DNA from: a virus
Reading direction: 5' to 3' (one strand)
DNA: 64,000 nt
Virus record (IMG/VR): IMGVR_UViG_2885686650_000001
Span: 730-64,729 of that record
Below are positions 63,032-64,000 of the stretch, one piece after another. Positions within the stretch are counted from its first letter, which is position 1. Each line of letters begins with the position of its first letter. The translations under genes and the position numbers were made by a program. The notes beneath the pieces were generated by a model. The model did no database searches and had not been told where the DNA came from. It was given only the letters and a program-made list of their open reading frames with translations.

Positions 63032-63409
63032 TTGTTTGCAAAATGTAAAAAGAGTCCGATGCACGTTGCGCTTGGATTAGGAATGATTGCAATTGGGATT
63101 TGGCTGATCATGAATGACCGCTTCTTCATTTGGCCGCCTGAAGCAGTTGAAGTTGTAAATGATGATATCTGGGGATTCATGTTTGCTTTAGTTGGTGTTG
63201 GCCACCTTATCTGGGTGTATGACTCAGGCAAATCCGTAAAGTGGAACAGGGTTTTGCTCACATTGACTGGTGGTCTTATGGGCTTTCTGACTGTATATCA
63301 ATTCTTAATATGGAACGCAACAGGGCATTACATGAGCTGGATTAGCAATGCCATAATCACAGCCTTTGTGCTGATCTTAGCGCGAAGGAGTGATTCGGGT
63401 AATGCATGA
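63032..63409 (+). CDS. Four-TM membrane protein of the lysis cassette
   Basis: Four hydrophobic segments; precedes holin. Confidence 0.75.
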   Translation: MFAKCKKSPMHVALGLGMIAIGIWLIMNDRFFIWPPEAVEVVNDDIWGFMFALVGVGHLIWVYDSGKSVKWNRVLLTLTGGLMGFLTVYQFLIWNATGHYMSWISNAIITAFVLILARRSDSGNA

Positions 63410-63593
63410 GTTATTGATTACTTACGCACCGTATATTAGTGGCATTATGGGTGCAGTATTAGCATTTTTAACCTATCGGGAATCAAAACGAAAATCGCAG
63501 CATGACGAACTTCATGAGTTATATGAGGAAATGAAGAAACAGCGTGATGATGCGCTAAAACAACTAGATGAAATGAGGAAAAAGAATGATTGA
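63402..63593 (+). CDS. Single-TM coiled-coil lysis-cassette protein
   Basis: TM followed by charged coiled coil. Confidence 0.7.
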   Translation: MHELLITYAPYISGIMGAVLAFLTYRESKRKSQHDELHELYEEMKKQRDDALKQLDEMRKKND

Positions 63594-63864
63594 AATTATC
63601 CAAACAGCCAATGCCAGCGCAATTGTAATGATTGCGTTACTGGTAGTCCTGATCACTTGGGCAATTAAACAAACTCAGATTGATAATCGCTGGTTGCCAT
63701 TGTTAGACATGGCAGTCGGCTTTTTAATTGGAGTCGTAGTTTACTTTGCTTGGCGAGCAGCCTTTGACAGTATGTTAGTTGCTGGCTTAGACGGAGCAAT
63801 TGCTGGGCTGGTAGCCGCTGGTGGCTATGATGCTGTCAAATCACTTTTAGGAGGTAGTAAATAA
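63586..63864 (+). CDS. Holin
   Basis: IKQTQIDNRWLPLL...GAIAGLVAAGGYD. Confidence 0.85.
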   Translation: MIEIIQTANASAIVMIALLVVLITWAIKQTQIDNRWLPLLDMAVGFLIGVVVYFAWRAAFDSMLVAGLDGAIAGLVAAGGYDAVKSLLGGSK

Positions 63865-64000
63865 ATGAACGCAGATGAATTTTTCGAAAAAGGTAAAAAA
63901 ATGGTGGCTGATTATGCCAACAAACATTTGGATAAATCAGATGAAAAGCAGATCACTACTGATGATGTTTACGTGGTTTGGTCATCTAAGGTGTTGCAAA
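63865..64000 (+). CDS. DUF6275-like protein, truncated by window end
   Basis: MNADEFFEKGKKMVADYAN...DDVYVVWSSKVLQ. Confidence 0.6.
   Translation, partial: MNADEFFEKGKKMVADYANKHLDKSDEKQITTDDVYVVWSSKVLQ

Larger units (their letters stand above)
32889..64000. mobile_element. Prophage 2 (SPP1-type portal siphophage); right end lies outside the window
   Basis: int-immA-repressor-recombination-replication-head-tail-holin order. Confidence 0.95.

Noticed and set aside
1-64000. CRISPR array, reverse transcriptase/DGR, invertase shufflon, IS element, rRNA
   Set aside because: No regularly spaced repeats, RT motifs, serine recombinase, transposase or rRNA sequence seen by eye
63865-64000. Unusual gene between holin and lysin as a novel system
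   Set aside because: Truncated by the window edge; too little sequence to judge

Overview
The window holds two head-to-tail temperate siphophage prophages in a low-GC lactic-acid-bacterium (Lactobacillaceae-like) chromosome; no host housekeeping gene is visible. Prophage 1 (<1 to ~32906) runs from the 5' part of a tyrosine integrase through a C5-methyltransferase + GHKL-ATPase cargo pair, an S24 repressor/cro switch, a HUH-type replication initiator, HicAB, a cos/HK97 head, a 1403-aa tape measure and a holin/secreted GH25 endolysin. Prophage 2 (~32889 to >64000) has a different integrase, an ImmA/ImmR-type switch, an NDT-like moron, YqaJ/RecT, DnaD/DnaC-type replication, an SPP1-type portal with a MuF-like toxin/immunity pair, a short tape measure, an elaborate baseplate/receptor-binding region and the start of the lysis cassette. 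The junction carries the 3' end of a tmRNA/tRNA-like target between two different sets of integrase arm repeats. Most notable: two fibronectin-III domains each split across a gene boundary at the same structural position; the MTase-GHKL candidate defence pair; the MuF toxin cassette with the scar of a previous cassette; a 16-bp motif shared by the int leader, the xis 3' end and the att arm; and a recurring architecture of tiny antisense transcription units. Family names come from recognised sequence motifs, not database searches.
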